A DNA stretch of 64,000 bases from Macrostomum hystrix (GCA_950097015.1 CATNEN010000007.1:8742001-8806000); one strand, 5' to 3'. Counted from the stretch's first letter, positions 33,867-45,738 are shown. Numbers and translations: made by a program. The notes: generated by a model not told the origin, from the sequence alone.

Positions 33867-34274
33867 GGAGTATGCTTGTGAGCGTTAGAGCAGCTTTCTA
33901 AGGCAAATATCTAGATGTAGAAACATGAATCTATTGCCTACTTACTTGAATTAGAGATATCACTATAGTAACATTTACCAACGGCAGACAGCTGGCTGTG
34001 ACAACAGAATGCCATGAATTGCCGATCACTGTATCATTTCTTTGGTAATAACTGAATTCAATGGCGCCTTTGGATTTGGTTTATAATCGTCACTTCTACT
34101 TTATTATTGACTTTGCCTATAAGTAAAGCTTCTACCAGAATAGGCTTCTTGACAGTCGACAAGTCAATGTGATCATCATTTATCTAGTAAGACAACTAGT
34201 CTTCAAATACGAATTGCCAATCATTAGGGAACACAATTGATCTACTCTCTACCACAATGCTCTCTTCACAGAGC

Positions 34275-34475
34275 TCAGTGAAGCGGAGACAGGCTCTCGC
34301 AGAGACCAAGGCTGGCGGATGAGAAGTCGCACTTCTGCTCCGCTGTCACTCCGCTGACTGTCTTGATGAACGGACTGCAAATGCAGAGCGCGCCGTCGAT
34401 TGAAATGGAGTGAGTCTTACAGATTGGATCCTGAGCTACAGAACTCGCCCAACACGAACAATGTTCCAATTTCAA
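34275..34475 (-). pseudogene. Internally deleted relic of the PAN/C-type lectin gene family
   Basis: IDGALCICSPFIKTVSGVTAEQKC (matches paralog N-termini) is fused directly to DFSSASLGLCESLSPLH* (matches the C-terminus DFSSADFGLCECLSPFA). No clean ATG or signal peptide. Confidence 0.75.
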
Positions 34476-34778
34476 TTCCGTGCAATTTCCTATTTTATTG
34501 GGATGCTTTTAGTCCTACTTTTCACTCCAAACCCTCTAGCTGTTTGTCAATGTTCGCTCGTTACATTAATAACATTCTCACATGCTATTTTGGGCAGGTG
34601 ATGAAGGCACCATTATCGCATTGGCCAAACATGAGCCAACATGTTCCTACAATCGATGGCAGCTTTTAGCTAAGCGTGGCATCTATTTCGAAGACGTCAG
34701 TTAAAGCACTATCTGAATGCACTGTGAGCTACCCAACAGCCTGAGTCCAACCCCGCGGTTCAGAAGTTGCAGACGTTT

Positions 34779-34799
34779 TAGATAGATAGATAGATAGAT

Positions 34800-34890
<91 letters not shown>
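34779..34890. repeat. (AGAT)n microsatellite
   Basis: Read directly from the sequence. Confidence 0.97.
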
Positions 34891-35553
34891 CTAGCGGGCC
34901 TTGAAACCCGCTTCCCCAATACAAGTTAGCTCCTAAACAGGTGCCATCCTTCATCTATCACCATTTGATAATTATGTGAGCTTGGCTACTCTTAGCTCAG
35001 CCCAAAAAGGAGATGAGAATTACAGCGTAAATAGGTGCGTTGCTAGGGACTTGCGGAATCAGCCACATTTTCACAGCGTGTCTGTCTGCGCAGCTTAGGC
35101 AGGGCGGATTTCAGAATGCCTGCACTCTTCACTCCATTCTGAAGAGTGAAATATTATTGGATTCGGCTTCTTCGTGCAATATTTATGCTTTGCAGATCTA
35201 TTTATGGAAGACAGCAAAGCAAAAGGCAAGACTCCAAACGTCTAATACCTGCTGGTGCTTCAGAATTGCGAATTGTGAGAGGCCTGCGAACAGACCAGGA
35301 AAGAAGCTGAGAACCCTTTGTAGAACAACAATGGCAGGAATGTTGTGCGTGGCATGCTGTGCTGACAATTGGCAGGAATTCTGAGCTAAGGAGGCTGTAG
35401 GCGGCAGTGTGGCCAATTATACAGCCAATTTACTGAGTTTACAGACAGCTAAAACTTTTATAGGTGGTATTTGCTGTCCCAGCGATGACAGTAACTGAAA
35501 GTAACTGACAATAATTTATAGTGTTTGACAGTATTTACCGTGTTGGATAGTGT

Positions 35554-35720
35554 CAGGTTGTAGCCTTCTGGTTAGAGCATCGGACTCACGACTTGAAGGT
35601 CAGGGGTTCGATTCCCGACTTCACTGGGACAATTTGTGTCCTTTGGCACCCAGCTGTTAAATGTTTACCTGCATTACCAGCATTAGCTGGGGTAATTAAG
35701 TGTGGGTGTGGCGTCCCCCC
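35554..35720 (+). mobile_element. tRNA-derived SINE head or tRNA pseudogene (CAC anticodon loop)
   Basis: A-box TAGCCTTCTGG, loop CTCACGA, B-box GGTTCGATTCC. Stems are imperfect, and it continues into cacccagctgttaaatg, which resembles a SINE central domain. Confidence 0.6.
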
Positions 35721-36110
35721 AGTCCATGGACTGAACAGCCGTACGCATTTTTTTCAGATGTGCAGCGCAATAACTGCGGCTGTGCTGTCTGCTGCACACC
35801 TGGCCCAATTGTGGTGTAATCAATTGTTATTATTAATATTGGACAGTGATTTACAGTATTTGACTGCAATTGACAGTAGTCGACAGAGCATTTGGTAAAT
35901 TCGACCATTAAAAAGAAAACATTTAATGGGTACCTCAGCGGCCAGATATGTGAGTGTGGAGATAGCAAAACAACAAATTGAATAAAAACATGAGTACATG
36001 TGAATGCCTGAAACTGTACACGTGTCAGGTGTAGGATCAGCAGTTGTAAGATATCTGATTTTTAGAGTGGCCTGGGCTCAATCTGAGCTCAAACTAAACT
36101 AAAAAATTTG

Positions 36111-36839
36111 TTAGGCAAAAGGCGACAGGCACTCGCAGAGGCCAAAGTCGGCAGATGAGAAGTCGACCAAGCCGGACTTTCCAGAGAAGACGGCGGTGGC
36201 ATTTTGTCCGTTTTTATCGTCGGGCTCAGAGGTAGCCCAAAGTCCGCTGTCTACGGTGATGTTGCAGCCGACCCAGTGCCAACCGCCTGAAGGCTCCTCG
36301 CTCCCGGGAGCCTGAAAGCCTCCCAGCCACATGGAGCCTCCGCTGAGCCGACTGGCTCTGATGCCTTGAATGTGACTCAGCTCTTCCGCGCTCGTCACGT
36401 CCGCCATGATGACCAGGCCGCTCTCTGACTCGCATCTCGACTTTATCGGTGGCCACGTGCCAGCAGGACTGTCGTAGACCCTGTACTTCACTCCGCACCA
36501 GTCGTCTCCGTATTCCACCGGACACAGCAGTCCCGGTGACAGTCCCGGCTGCTGCCTCACGAACACCCGGCCTCGTCTGGTACAGCCGCAGTCCCTCACA
36601 GACTTGCTGCACTTGTTGAACACGAACAGCTGGCACGGACCATCGGACAGGCTGAAGGCCTGGCACTGCGGCCTCAGTCCGCACATGATGGCGCACTGCT
36701 GCTCCGTTGTCACGCGCGCGAAAGTCTCTACGAAAGGGCTGTTGACGCACAGTGAGCCGTTGAGTTGGCTGAACTTTGTTGAGCACGTTGATGCCGCTGC
36801 CGCTACGGCCACAAAAGACAGAAGCATCTCTGAACGCAT
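36111..36839 (-). CDS. Secreted PAN/Apple + C-type lectin domain protein, paralog 1 (242 aa)
   Basis: Signal peptide MRSEMLLSFVAVAAAAS; PAN-like CAIMCGLRPQCQAFS; CTLD WLGG, GWHW, WATSEPD; intronless. The ATG at 36839 follows the acceptor-like cattcag. Confidence 0.8.
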   Translation of the reverse strand: MRSEMLLSFVAVAAAASTCSTKFSQLNGSLCVNSPFVETFARVTTEQQCAIMCGLRPQCQAFSLSDGPCQLFVFNKCSKSVRDCGCTRRGRVFVRQQPGLSPGLLCPVEYGDDWCGVKYRVYDSPAGTWPPIKSRCESESGLVIMADVTSAEELSHIQGIRASRLSGGSMWLGGFQAPGSEEPSGGWHWVGCNITVDSGLWATSEPDDKNGQNATAVFSGKSGLVDFSSADFGLCECLSPFA

Positions 36840-37269
36840 GGTGCCCTGAATGCTCAACCGCGGCTTTGCCAGACCTTCCTGCTGCTCAGCACTGCTAGTT
36901 TTATGAGACTTAAATGCCAAAGCATCATGCGAGCGCTGATTGGCTGGACGTGAAAACTTAGGCAGCCCTGGAAGCACCACTAACCCAAACATTTGTAGTC
37001 CTCTCTACTGCAGCCTTCTGTTTTTAAGATCGGATTGAGCTAATCTGCAGTTAATTCAGTCCAATTTTCTCAGTTTGTTTCGGGAGTATCATCGTTAAGT
37101 GAAAATATTTTATTTACAGGTTTTTAGTTAAGCTCAAGGCACTGTGGTAAAATTGTGTCCACTTTCGTATTAAAAAATTTGTCAAAATAAAATCGAACCT
37201 TCGATGCTCTGAAGAAGTCACACTGCGCATTCAGGTGGCTTTTCCTGTCTGAAGAATGTTAAACTCTCA

Positions 37270-37607
37270 GGGACCGCGCAGGCGCGGCCAGGGACGATCA
37301 GCCCGCCATGTCGACCGTCTTTTTGAAGACGCCCCAGCACCTGTGCGGTCCCTGCGTCCTGCAGCGGCTCTGGGCAGTCAGAGCTGAACTGCTCGTCCGC
37401 AGGTCAGATGCCAGCTGTGCGAGCATGCCCCTTCTCCAGGCAGATTTCAGCGTTCGGCAGTTAAAGGTTGCTAGCCTTAGAGCGCGGTTTGTAAAGGCTG
37501 CCGCCGCCAGGCGGGCGACGTGAAGCATGTCAGAGACCTGGCTCTGAGACGCGCGATTTGACGCTCCCCCTCGTTGGCCAGTTATGTGGTCGGCGTGGGG
37601 CGTAACT
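37270..37607 (-). mobile_element. Non-LTR retrotransposon fragment (start of APE endonuclease)
   Basis: Translation LRLATFNCRTL resembles the first motif of LINE APE endonucleases; GC-rich, truncated, and next to (TAT)n. Confidence 0.5.
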
Positions 37608-37637
37608 ATTATTATTATTATTATTATTAACCCAAAT

Positions 37638-38217
37638 CCATCACCTGTATCACCTAAATGCATCACCTGTATCACCTAAATTCATCACCTGTATCACCTA
37701 AATTCATCACCTGTATCACCTAAATGCATCACCTGAATCACCTTATCACCTAAATGCATCACCTGTATCACCTAAATGCATCACCTGAATCACCTAAATG
37801 CATCACCTGTATCACCTTATCACCTAAATGCATCACCTGTATCACCTAAATGCATCACCTGTATCACCTCAATACATCACCTGTATCACCTCAATACATC
37901 ACCTGTATCACCTCAATACATCACCTGTATCACCTCAATACATCACCTGTATCACCTCAATGCATCACCTGTAACACCTAAATGCATCACCTGTATCACC
38001 TCAATACATCACCTGTATCACCTCATTACATCACCTGTATCACCTCAATACATCACCTGTAACACCTAAATGCATCACCTGTATCACCTCAATACATCAC
38101 CTGTAACACCTAAATGCATCACCTGTATCACCTAAATGCATCACCTGTATCACCTAAATGCATCACCTGTATCACCTAAATGCATCACCTGTAACACCTA
38201 AATGCACCACCTGTATC
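37638..38217. repeat. ~22-bp minisatellite
   Basis: Unit catcacctgtatcacctaaatg / catcacctgtatcacctcaata. Confidence 0.93.
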
Positions 38218-38971
38218 TGAAACAGGACAGGAATGTATGGAATCTAGTGAATTGCCACAGAATATTTACCCTAAAAGCTGCCAATGTGATCGCATACCTG
38301 TCGCTTCTAGAGCAGAGTCGCGTACTCCTGACTTGACTGCACCCGGAAACTACCTCACACGCATTTCTGCATCCTGGCTAGTGAACCTGTGATCCCAGAT
38401 CCCAGAGCGATTGGGTCGATACAAAAACTCTGCGAAAGTCGGGCAGGAAGCGGCAGGCTAGAAACCTGCTTTCTCTGAATTTTTATTCCTGACTGCTGTC
38501 AAATTAGCGAGTACAAAGACGAGTTTAAATATTATTTCAGATGCTTTGGCAGTCGTGTGATGGCTCGTGCTGTCTTGTTCAAGCCATCATGGAAATCGCA
38601 GACAGTTGCGGATTTTGTCTGCAATTCTTTTTTGCTGTCAAAGTGCTAAAAATAAATCACACAGAATAAACCGATGATTTATAGGGCTCAAATTCGACTG
38701 GACTGGAATGACCAACGCTTCTTATGCTGATTGGTCTGAAAAAATGTGGACGGCCAAAACAAGGTCAACTTTTTCACAAGCAGATCAGGGGGCAGTTCAG
38801 GAACATTGTCATCCTGCAAAGAGGTGCATGTAAAGGCATGCAAATACGATCCGAGAGTTTTTTACTGTGAAATCTACTTCAGGCAGGTTTTGCTGTTTCA
38901 GTTTCACATTTGTTTTCGAGTTCCATCAGATTGCTGACAGCTTCAGCAAATTAACAAAGACTCAAGCCGCC

Positions 38972-39751
38972 TTAGTTAAAAGGAGACACGCACTCGCACA
39001 GCAGCTTGGACGCACTAGCGAAAACTGTCGGCAAGTCCGCTAATTTAGGAAAACCAGAGTAGCGACCAAGAGCCTCTTCCTGTGAATTTTCGATGTTGTC
39101 AATACCGTCGTTCGGCTCACCGCTCGACCAGAAGCTACTGTTCACGGGGATGTTGCAGCCCACCCAGTACCAGCCGACAGAGGGAGAGCTGCTTCCGGGA
39201 GCCTGGAAGCCTCCCAGCCACATGGAGCTGCCGCTGGCTCTCAGTGACCAAATCGACTCCACGTGGTTCATCTCTGTCGAGCTCGTCACGTCCGCCATGA
39301 TCACCAGACCGCTCTCGTTGTCGCACTTCTGTCGACTCGTGATCCACGAGCTGTCAGTCGTGCTGAAGACCCTGTACTTCACTCCGCACCAGTCATCTCC
39401 GTATCCCACCGGACACAGCAGACCCGGCGACAGTCCCGGCTGCTGCCTCACGAACACCCGGCCTCGTCTGGTACAGCCGCAGTCCCTCACAGACTTGCTG
39501 CACTTGTTGAACACGAACAGCTGGCACGGACCATCGGACAGGCTGAAGGCCTGGCACTGCGGCCTCAGTCCGCACATGATGGCGCACTGCTGCTCCGTTG
39601 TCACGCTGTTGAATGTCAGGCTGAATGGGCTGGTGATGCACAGTGAGCCGTCAATCAACTGGAATTCGGTATTGCATTCGATATCTCCAGCCAGAATGCA
39701 TGTGGCACTTTCTAACAAGATAAAGATCTGGAGTAAAACTGCGGGTTTCAT
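38972..39751 (-). CDS. Secreted PAN/Apple + C-type lectin domain protein, paralog 2 (259 aa)
   Basis: Signal peptide MKPAVLLQIFILLESATCILA; same PAN-like segment as paralog 1; CTLD with WLGG and WSSGEPND (EPN motif); intronless. Confidence 0.85.
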   Translation of the reverse strand: MKPAVLLQIFILLESATCILAGDIECNTEFQLIDGSLCITSPFSLTFNSVTTEQQCAIMCGLRPQCQAFSLSDGPCQLFVFNKCSKSVRDCGCTRRGRVFVRQQPGLSPGLLCPVGYGDDWCGVKYRVFSTTDSSWITSRQKCDNESGLVIMADVTSSTEMNHVESIWSLRASGSSMWLGGFQAPGSSSPSVGWYWVGCNIPVNSSFWSSGEPNDGIDNIENSQEEALGRYSGFPKLADLPTVFASASKLLCECVSPFN

Positions 39752-40237
39752 TTTCAGTCGCCTCTTCAGCAGTCGTGCAATTGTCCTACAGCTAGTAGAT
39801 CCCGCACTAGACTTGCGCTCACAGCGTACGGTTTATATCTTGGGAGTGACACGGTTTCTTCTGATTCGCCGGCGCAAGATTGCTTGGCAACAGAAACTGC
39901 TACAGAATGATTGGGACGTAGACGATTAAAATTGTCCATGCTGCCGCTGCTCTGTCTCATTGTTTCTTTTACGAGCGTATAGTCAAGCCGGAAACACACT
40001 GCAGCAATTAGCCTTCCTTCCGTGTCGACTAATCACAAAAGTTTTTCATGTTTCGCGTTTCCCGTCGATTTCAGTGAACCACAGTGCTACATTGTGCTGC
40101 AGCTGGGACCAACACTCAGCGACTTGCATCAGAGACAGCAACCGAAGCAACCTCATGGCTCTGCCTCCGCTGGTATTTTCGTCCTTGAAAAAAAGCTAGA
40201 TTTGGCAAGATAGATCCCTGTAGAATTGGGATATTTT

Positions 40238-40823
40238 CCATACCGTACTATATTCGCAGCTGTGATGGAGCTGCTAGCCTTCCAGCAAGTTTATAATCCA
40301 TACCGTACTATATTCGCAGCTGTGATGGAGCTGCTAGCCTTCCAGCCTGTTTATAATCCATACCGTACTATATTCGCAGCTGTGATGGAGCTACTAGCCT
40401 TCCAGCCAGTTTATAATCCATACCGTACTATATTCGTAGCTGTGATGGAGCTGCTAGCCTTCCAGCCAGTTTATAATCCATACCGTACTATATTCGCAGC
40501 TGTGATGGAGCTGCTAGCCTTCCAGCCAGTTTATAATCCATACCGTACTATATTCGCAGCTGTGATGGAGCTGCTAGCCTTCCAGCCAGTTTATAATCCA
40601 TACCGTACTATATTCGCAGCTGTGATGGAGCTGCTAGCCTTCCAGCCAGTTTATAATCCATACCGTACTATATTCGTAGCTGTGATGGAGCTGCTAGCCT
40701 TCCAGCCAGTTTATAATCCATACCGTACTATATTCGCAGCTGTGATGGAGCTGCTAGCCTTCCAGCCAGTTTATAATCCATACCGTACTATATTCGCAGC
40801 TGTGATGGAGCTGCTAGACTTCC
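40238..40823. repeat. 60-bp minisatellite, about 10 copies
   Basis: Unit ccataccgtactatattcgcagctgtgatggagctgctagccttccagccagtttataat. Confidence 0.95.
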
Positions 40824-42672
40824 AATTATCCTCTTTGGATAATTCTCTCAGTTGGTTGGATTCTATGCGAATAGTTCTGTCGGTAGGTTAACACTCGCGA
40901 TATTTTTTTTCTGGTATGTTTTGCGAGTTTGTCAAACAAACAGAACCTACTGTCTGCCGAAGTACGGGCTTGCATTGCTATTGAAAACTTGGTTGACAAG
41001 ATATTTTCTACAAATCTTCAAATGAGGGGCATCAGCGAAAGTATCGAGCACGATACTGCCAGTAGAGTGGGAAGGGTTCGCTAAATCATTACTAATGCGT
41101 CGGTATTGTCGGTCGATAATTCTAGATAATTCTAAGGAAGCTCAGAGCCTCATCAGATACTGCACAGCTCCATGCAATCTTCAGTGTCAACTCAGAAGTC
41201 ATGAAGCCACTCCTCAGCCTCTGTGAGCTTGTATCGGAGCTGCTCTGACTCGTGGCTGAAATCCGTTGTAATCGAAGTAACTTTTCTATTGATCACTGGC
41301 ACCAGCCTCCACCTCCTACATCGCGCACATGGATTTGTAGCCCAGCCAGCCTATCCTGCCATTTGCATAAGCCGCCCGTCGTTTGCCCGGCCTTGCCGAT
41401 AATCCGGCCGCGTTGATGGAGCGCGAATCTGCTGCAGTACGCAGCTGCACACCGCACTGCGCTTGAGAGCAGTGCGCGTAGCCTGAAGCTGTGCGGAAAA
41501 ATTGGGGATCTTTCCGCGAAACTAAGCGTGCATTGCAGTGTGGCTGCATGCAGCCCGATTCATTAGCCGCCTCGCTGCGTCCCCAGATCTCCTTGTTCAG
41601 CGGCGCCGCAGAGCCTTCTAAGCTTTCTTCGCCGGCTCAATTCCCAATCGGGCGTCGCCATCTACGCCGTATCTACGAGCGGAAGGCGTCTAAAAGTGCA
41701 CGGTTAGCCGACACGTCTGCTTAAACTGTGCCGCTGGCACAAGGACTGAAAGGCTTCAAAATATTTCTCTGTTTGCCTTTTGACCTGTTTTGGTCTCATG
41801 TGGTTTGCTTGAGTTTTTTCGAGCTATTTAGTGTCTTGAAAATAAGTAAAAACAAAAGAAGCTATGGTTAATGTGATAACAAGGCAGTTTATTGAACTGT
41901 ACCAAAGTGAATATGTATTTAACCCCAGGCATTCACGCTAAAACCAGAAAGCGGCTTTCGGTGCTTGAGAAGCCGTGCAAAACTCTCGCATCAGGTGCGA
42001 ATGCGGTGTTAAGGGATACGGGCCTCTCAGCCTGTCCCAGTGGCATCGCGAGAAGGAAGCCCTTCCTGCGAAAATGTCTAACAGATTCAGTTGAGGAAAA
42101 GTAGAAAATAACAATGTGACTAAAAGCAGCCGCTCAGACTTTCAAGAGCTTGGTTCTGGCAAAAGATTCTGTTGATGAAGAGTTTACGTACTGCGCAAAA
42201 CAGCAGGAGAGCTAAGAATTGGTTTAGAACAGAGCATATCATATTTGTATCAGAAACATTACATTTCGATGAATAAGTTTAAAATAAAAAGTGGCTTGCA
42301 GAAATTTTCATAAGCGCTTCATCATCAGTAGTGGCCTCGAAGACCTGCATTGCAGATGCAGCTGTGTACAGAAATGATTGACATCTCAACAAGACTCAAC
42401 ATCCTCCAGAGAGACACTTTCCAAAAACTATAAAATCGATCAGGCATAGACTCAAACCAATGCAGCATAAGATCGCAGTTGATAAGGATAGCTAATTGCG
42501 GCCAAGCATCAAGCAACAGCAGAGGTGGCCTAACTGCACTGCAAGTTTCACAGAGGCCAGATACAAAACAGCAGGGAGAATTCTACATTTTTGTGAAATG
42601 AAAACTCAAAACTTCGTCCGGGGAGGTCAGATAGAAATCGTTCATAGAGCTATCGGGCGGGCGCAACAACCG

Positions 42673-45600
42673 TCACATCAAATTTCCGCCCTTCAAGAAA
42701 CTGCGGCCGTCGGAGGCTGTGGTCTGGAATTCGTTGCTGGCATTGTTGTAGTGCACGTGCACGGGCACGGTGAAGTCCCTCTGGCTGATGGGATCATCTT
42801 TGCTGGGCGCGAACCCGCTGTTCCTGCCGAATCCCGCCTGCTGCTGAAACAGTTGCTGCTGCTGCGGCGGCGGGGGCGGCGGCGGTAGTGCCGACGGAGG
42901 CGGCTGCATCAGCTGCCTGCTGTGGATGTCACGCTCGTAGCACTGCGACAATGGCGGCAACTGAGGCTCTGCTGCCACCGGGGCATCTCGGCTGGAGTGG
43001 CCGAACATTTTCTCTCTGGCGCTGGTCATGGCCACTTTCGCGAAACTGACCTGCGACTTTGAGACCTCGCGTTTTGCGATGTAATAGAACTCTAGCAGGG
43101 CCATTAGAAGAGCGATGCCCAGTCCTGCCACCAGGATGTAGAACACGCCGGCCACATTGATGACCGCCAAGGCTGAGAGACTGCTGCCGCCAGAGTCACT
43201 GATGCACTGGCCCTTTTCCACCCACCACTTCTTGTATAACTGGTCCAAGACTTGCTTCTCGCGCAGGCGAAGCACCGCATCATTTAGCTTCTCACGCAGC
43301 GGCGAGCCAATAGGGGTAGCGATGCCATAGCCTTTGTCACCGTGCGGCTGGCCCACCATCATGGTGTCGCACGGCTCGAGGTTGTTGTGGTACTCATTTG
43401 TCTTCGATTCGAGCAGGAATGCGTATTTGCCTTTTGATTCTCGCACTTTGCGCACTCCCGCCTCAGTCGAGTTGACGTATACCTGGTTCTTGTACTTCTC
43501 CATATTCTCTCCGATCTGTTTGTAAGGTTTCATTGTTGTGGTGGTGAAAAACGCCTTGGTGGAGCCGGAGTCCAGGGTACCAGGCAAGATACCGTTCTTA
43601 CCCAGAGCCAGCTCCTCCCAGTTGCTGATGGGGGTCTTCAGCAGCTCGACGGTTAGGAAGGCCGCTAATGTTGCAGTGTAGTACGCTATCATGATCAAAG
43701 TGAAGAACCACCAGACACTTGCCACTATCCTAGCACCCGAGCTCTTTGGTGACAAGTCAACGCCTTGATTTACAAATGCGGCGAAGGAGAACCACATGGA
43801 GTTCAGCAGAGAGAAGTTTCGACTGACCTTCTGCGTTGGTGGAGACTCGTCCTCGAGCTCCACCTGCCACTCCAGAGGGCTGATGCGTGCGCACAAGTAG
43901 AGGCCCAAGCTCACCCCAATACAGCCGGCAACGATGTAGATCCAGACCTCTTTAGACAGGGGCCGCAGGAAGCTGAATGTTCCCGGCTTTTCCTTTTTTG
44001 GTTTCTTGATCATTATAGAGATGCCGAATGTGAGAAATGGCTCCGTAAAATGGACGTACTCTGCGCGCTCTGGACTGATTGTCAGCGACGCCACGGCAAT
44101 GTCAGCCTCGTTGTTGAGTAACTCCCCTATCATGCCGTTCCAGGTGACCGGGTCATCAGACACCTTCGCGCCGAATTTATTGTCTTTCACAATGTGGATG
44201 CTGTACTTCATTCCGAGCTGTTCGGCTATCATCGCAAACATCTCAACGCAGAAGCCTTCAAACCGCTCATTGCCAACTGGTATTGGCTCTCCTGGCTTGG
44301 GTACCACAACGTTTACAAACGGTGGAGCTTCGATAGTGACAACACGTATCACGGATGTGTCGTTCATCATAGGACTTGTTTGGTTCGTTCCGTTGTCGTG
44401 GTAAATCTTTTTCAGACCGCGGTGCATGTGCCAGTTGCCGACAGAATTGAACTTCGTTCGCCTCAGCTCCATCACATCGATGGTAAAATTTGAGCGAAAC
44501 CCGTTCGAGTCGAAGGCGACGGTGCCGCTGTATCCCTGAAACCTCGTAGCCGTCATCTGCTCCATTAGGCGCTCCCCGATTAGCGATGTCTTGTAGACAG
44601 ACGCACTTCCCAGGTAATGATAGGCATACACATTTGGGTTGCGGAGCCGGTGATTGGCTATTCGGGACGTTGAGAGAGCGGAGTCATCTCTAACCACGCA
44701 GTCCGTTCGGTTGAATGGCTTCCGCAGCGCAGCCAGTGAGTCCAGCACCTGCTGGCGCGTATCGGGCATAGACAGCAGGCTGTCGATGGCTCTGGTGAAT
44801 ACTTCGACGCCGTCCATTAGGAGCGCAATCTCGTACAGGGGGTAGCCAGTCGGGCCTGAACATGTCAATCGCTTTTTTGCACAAAGAGATTCCCAACGCT
44901 CCTTCAGGTCTCTCACCTTAACCGTTTTGTAGTCCAGCAGCTGAAAGCCAGTTAGATTCACCCCGCTGTGCTTCAGGCCTTCCGTATCGATGTCTGTGAC
45001 CGACATTCCAGTAGCTAAGTAGTGATATTCTCGTCGGTTCATGCCCATCTCGCGAATCTGAGGCAGGAAGTCCGAAATCACCTCCGGTGGGTCCAGGTCA
45101 ATGACCACGTGCTTTCTCGACTGCGACTTTAGCAGGCTGTCGAGTCGGGCCAGCTCCGGGTAGGCGACATGGGTGTTTGCTACGTAAATGAGCTGCACGT
45201 TCAAGTCTCTGTAAAAGTGATCCCGCTGGTAAATCCGTACTGCTTCCTGGAAGCGATGTAGACCCTCGTGACTGTTGACAACATAGGCAAACGTGGTCCA
45301 CTGATACATCTCCAGAACTTCAATGATTGCCATGCCGTGTCGTGGCCGCAGATTCAGTACATAATCCTGGGACTTTGGATTCTCAGCCTTGACAATGCCC
45401 GGTGTTATGTACGGCACGTGGAACATGGAGACCAAGTTCTGGATGCTGTCCACTGTGAAGGCATTGGTGGAGCCGAATATGGCGAAGGCACCCGATGGAA
45501 ACAACTGGTGACAGATGCTCTGCTGAACGCTGTGAGAGCTGTTGACGTTGGTCATTGTGTAGTTGACCTTCAGTTTATACTTCTGCTTGTCCACATTTTG

Positions 45601-45738
45601 CAGGGCCAGAAAGAATGCATTCTTGAGCTCGATCTGATTGGAGTCAAAGATGGCTCCGATCGGGATTTCCAGAACTGCAGCTCGCACCAACAGGCAGCAG
45701 CCCGAGACCAGGGCGAACAGAAGGCAGCCCGCTGCCAT
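42673..45738 (-). CDS. Ionotropic glutamate receptor, AMPA/kainate-like, intronless CDS (1021 aa)
   Basis: Signal peptide, ATD (IPIGAIFD), S1 (FEGFCVE, WNGMIGEL, LTISPER), M1, M2 SMWFSFAAFVNQG, M3 YYTATLAAFLT, S2 (DSGSTKAFF, FLLES, GYGIA), WW..KGQC, M4 NVAGVFYILVAGL. Confidence 0.96.
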   Translation of the reverse strand: MAAGCLLFALVSGCCLLVRAAVLEIPIGAIFDSNQIELKNAFFLALQNVDKQKYKLKVNYTMTNVNSSHSVQQSICHQLFPSGAFAIFGSTNAFTVDSIQNLVSMFHVPYITPGIVKAENPKSQDYVLNLRPRHGMAIIEVLEMYQWTTFAYVVNSHEGLHRFQEAVRIYQRDHFYRDLNVQLIYVANTHVAYPELARLDSLLKSQSRKHVVIDLDPPEVISDFLPQIREMGMNRREYHYLATGMSVTDIDTEGLKHSGVNLTGFQLLDYKTVKVRDLKERWESLCAKKRLTCSGPTGYPLYEIALLMDGVEVFTRAIDSLLSMPDTRQQVLDSLAALRKPFNRTDCVVRDDSALSTSRIANHRLRNPNVYAYHYLGSASVYKTSLIGERLMEQMTATRFQGYSGTVAFDSNGFRSNFTIDVMELRRTKFNSVGNWHMHRGLKKIYHDNGTNQTSPMMNDTSVIRVVTIEAPPFVNVVVPKPGEPIPVGNERFEGFCVEMFAMIAEQLGMKYSIHIVKDNKFGAKVSDDPVTWNGMIGELLNNEADIAVASLTISPERAEYVHFTEPFLTFGISIMIKKPKKEKPGTFSFLRPLSKEVWIYIVAGCIGVSLGLYLCARISPLEWQVELEDESPPTQKVSRNFSLLNSMWFSFAAFVNQGVDLSPKSSGARIVASVWWFFTLIMIAYYTATLAAFLTVELLKTPISNWEELALGKNGILPGTLDSGSTKAFFTTTTMKPYKQIGENMEKYKNQVYVNSTEAGVRKVRESKGKYAFLLESKTNEYHNNLEPCDTMMVGQPHGDKGYGIATPIGSPLREKLNDAVLRLREKQVLDQLYKKWWVEKGQCISDSGGSSLSALAVINVAGVFYILVAGLGIALLMALLEFYYIAKREVSKSQVSFAKVAMTSAREKMFGHSSRDAPVAAEPQLPPLSQCYERDIHSRQLMQPPPSALPPPPPPPQQQQLFQQQAGFGRNSGFAPSKDDPISQRDFTVPVHVHYNNASNEFQTTASDGRSFLKGGNLM

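Noticed and set aside
35554-35630. Functional tRNA-Val(CAC)
   Set aside because: Acceptor and T stems pair poorly, there is no nearby poly-T terminator, and it continues into SINE-like sequence.
40226-40891. 221-aa repetitive ORF
   Set aside because: It is an open frame through a 60-bp minisatellite with no ATG start and no domain.
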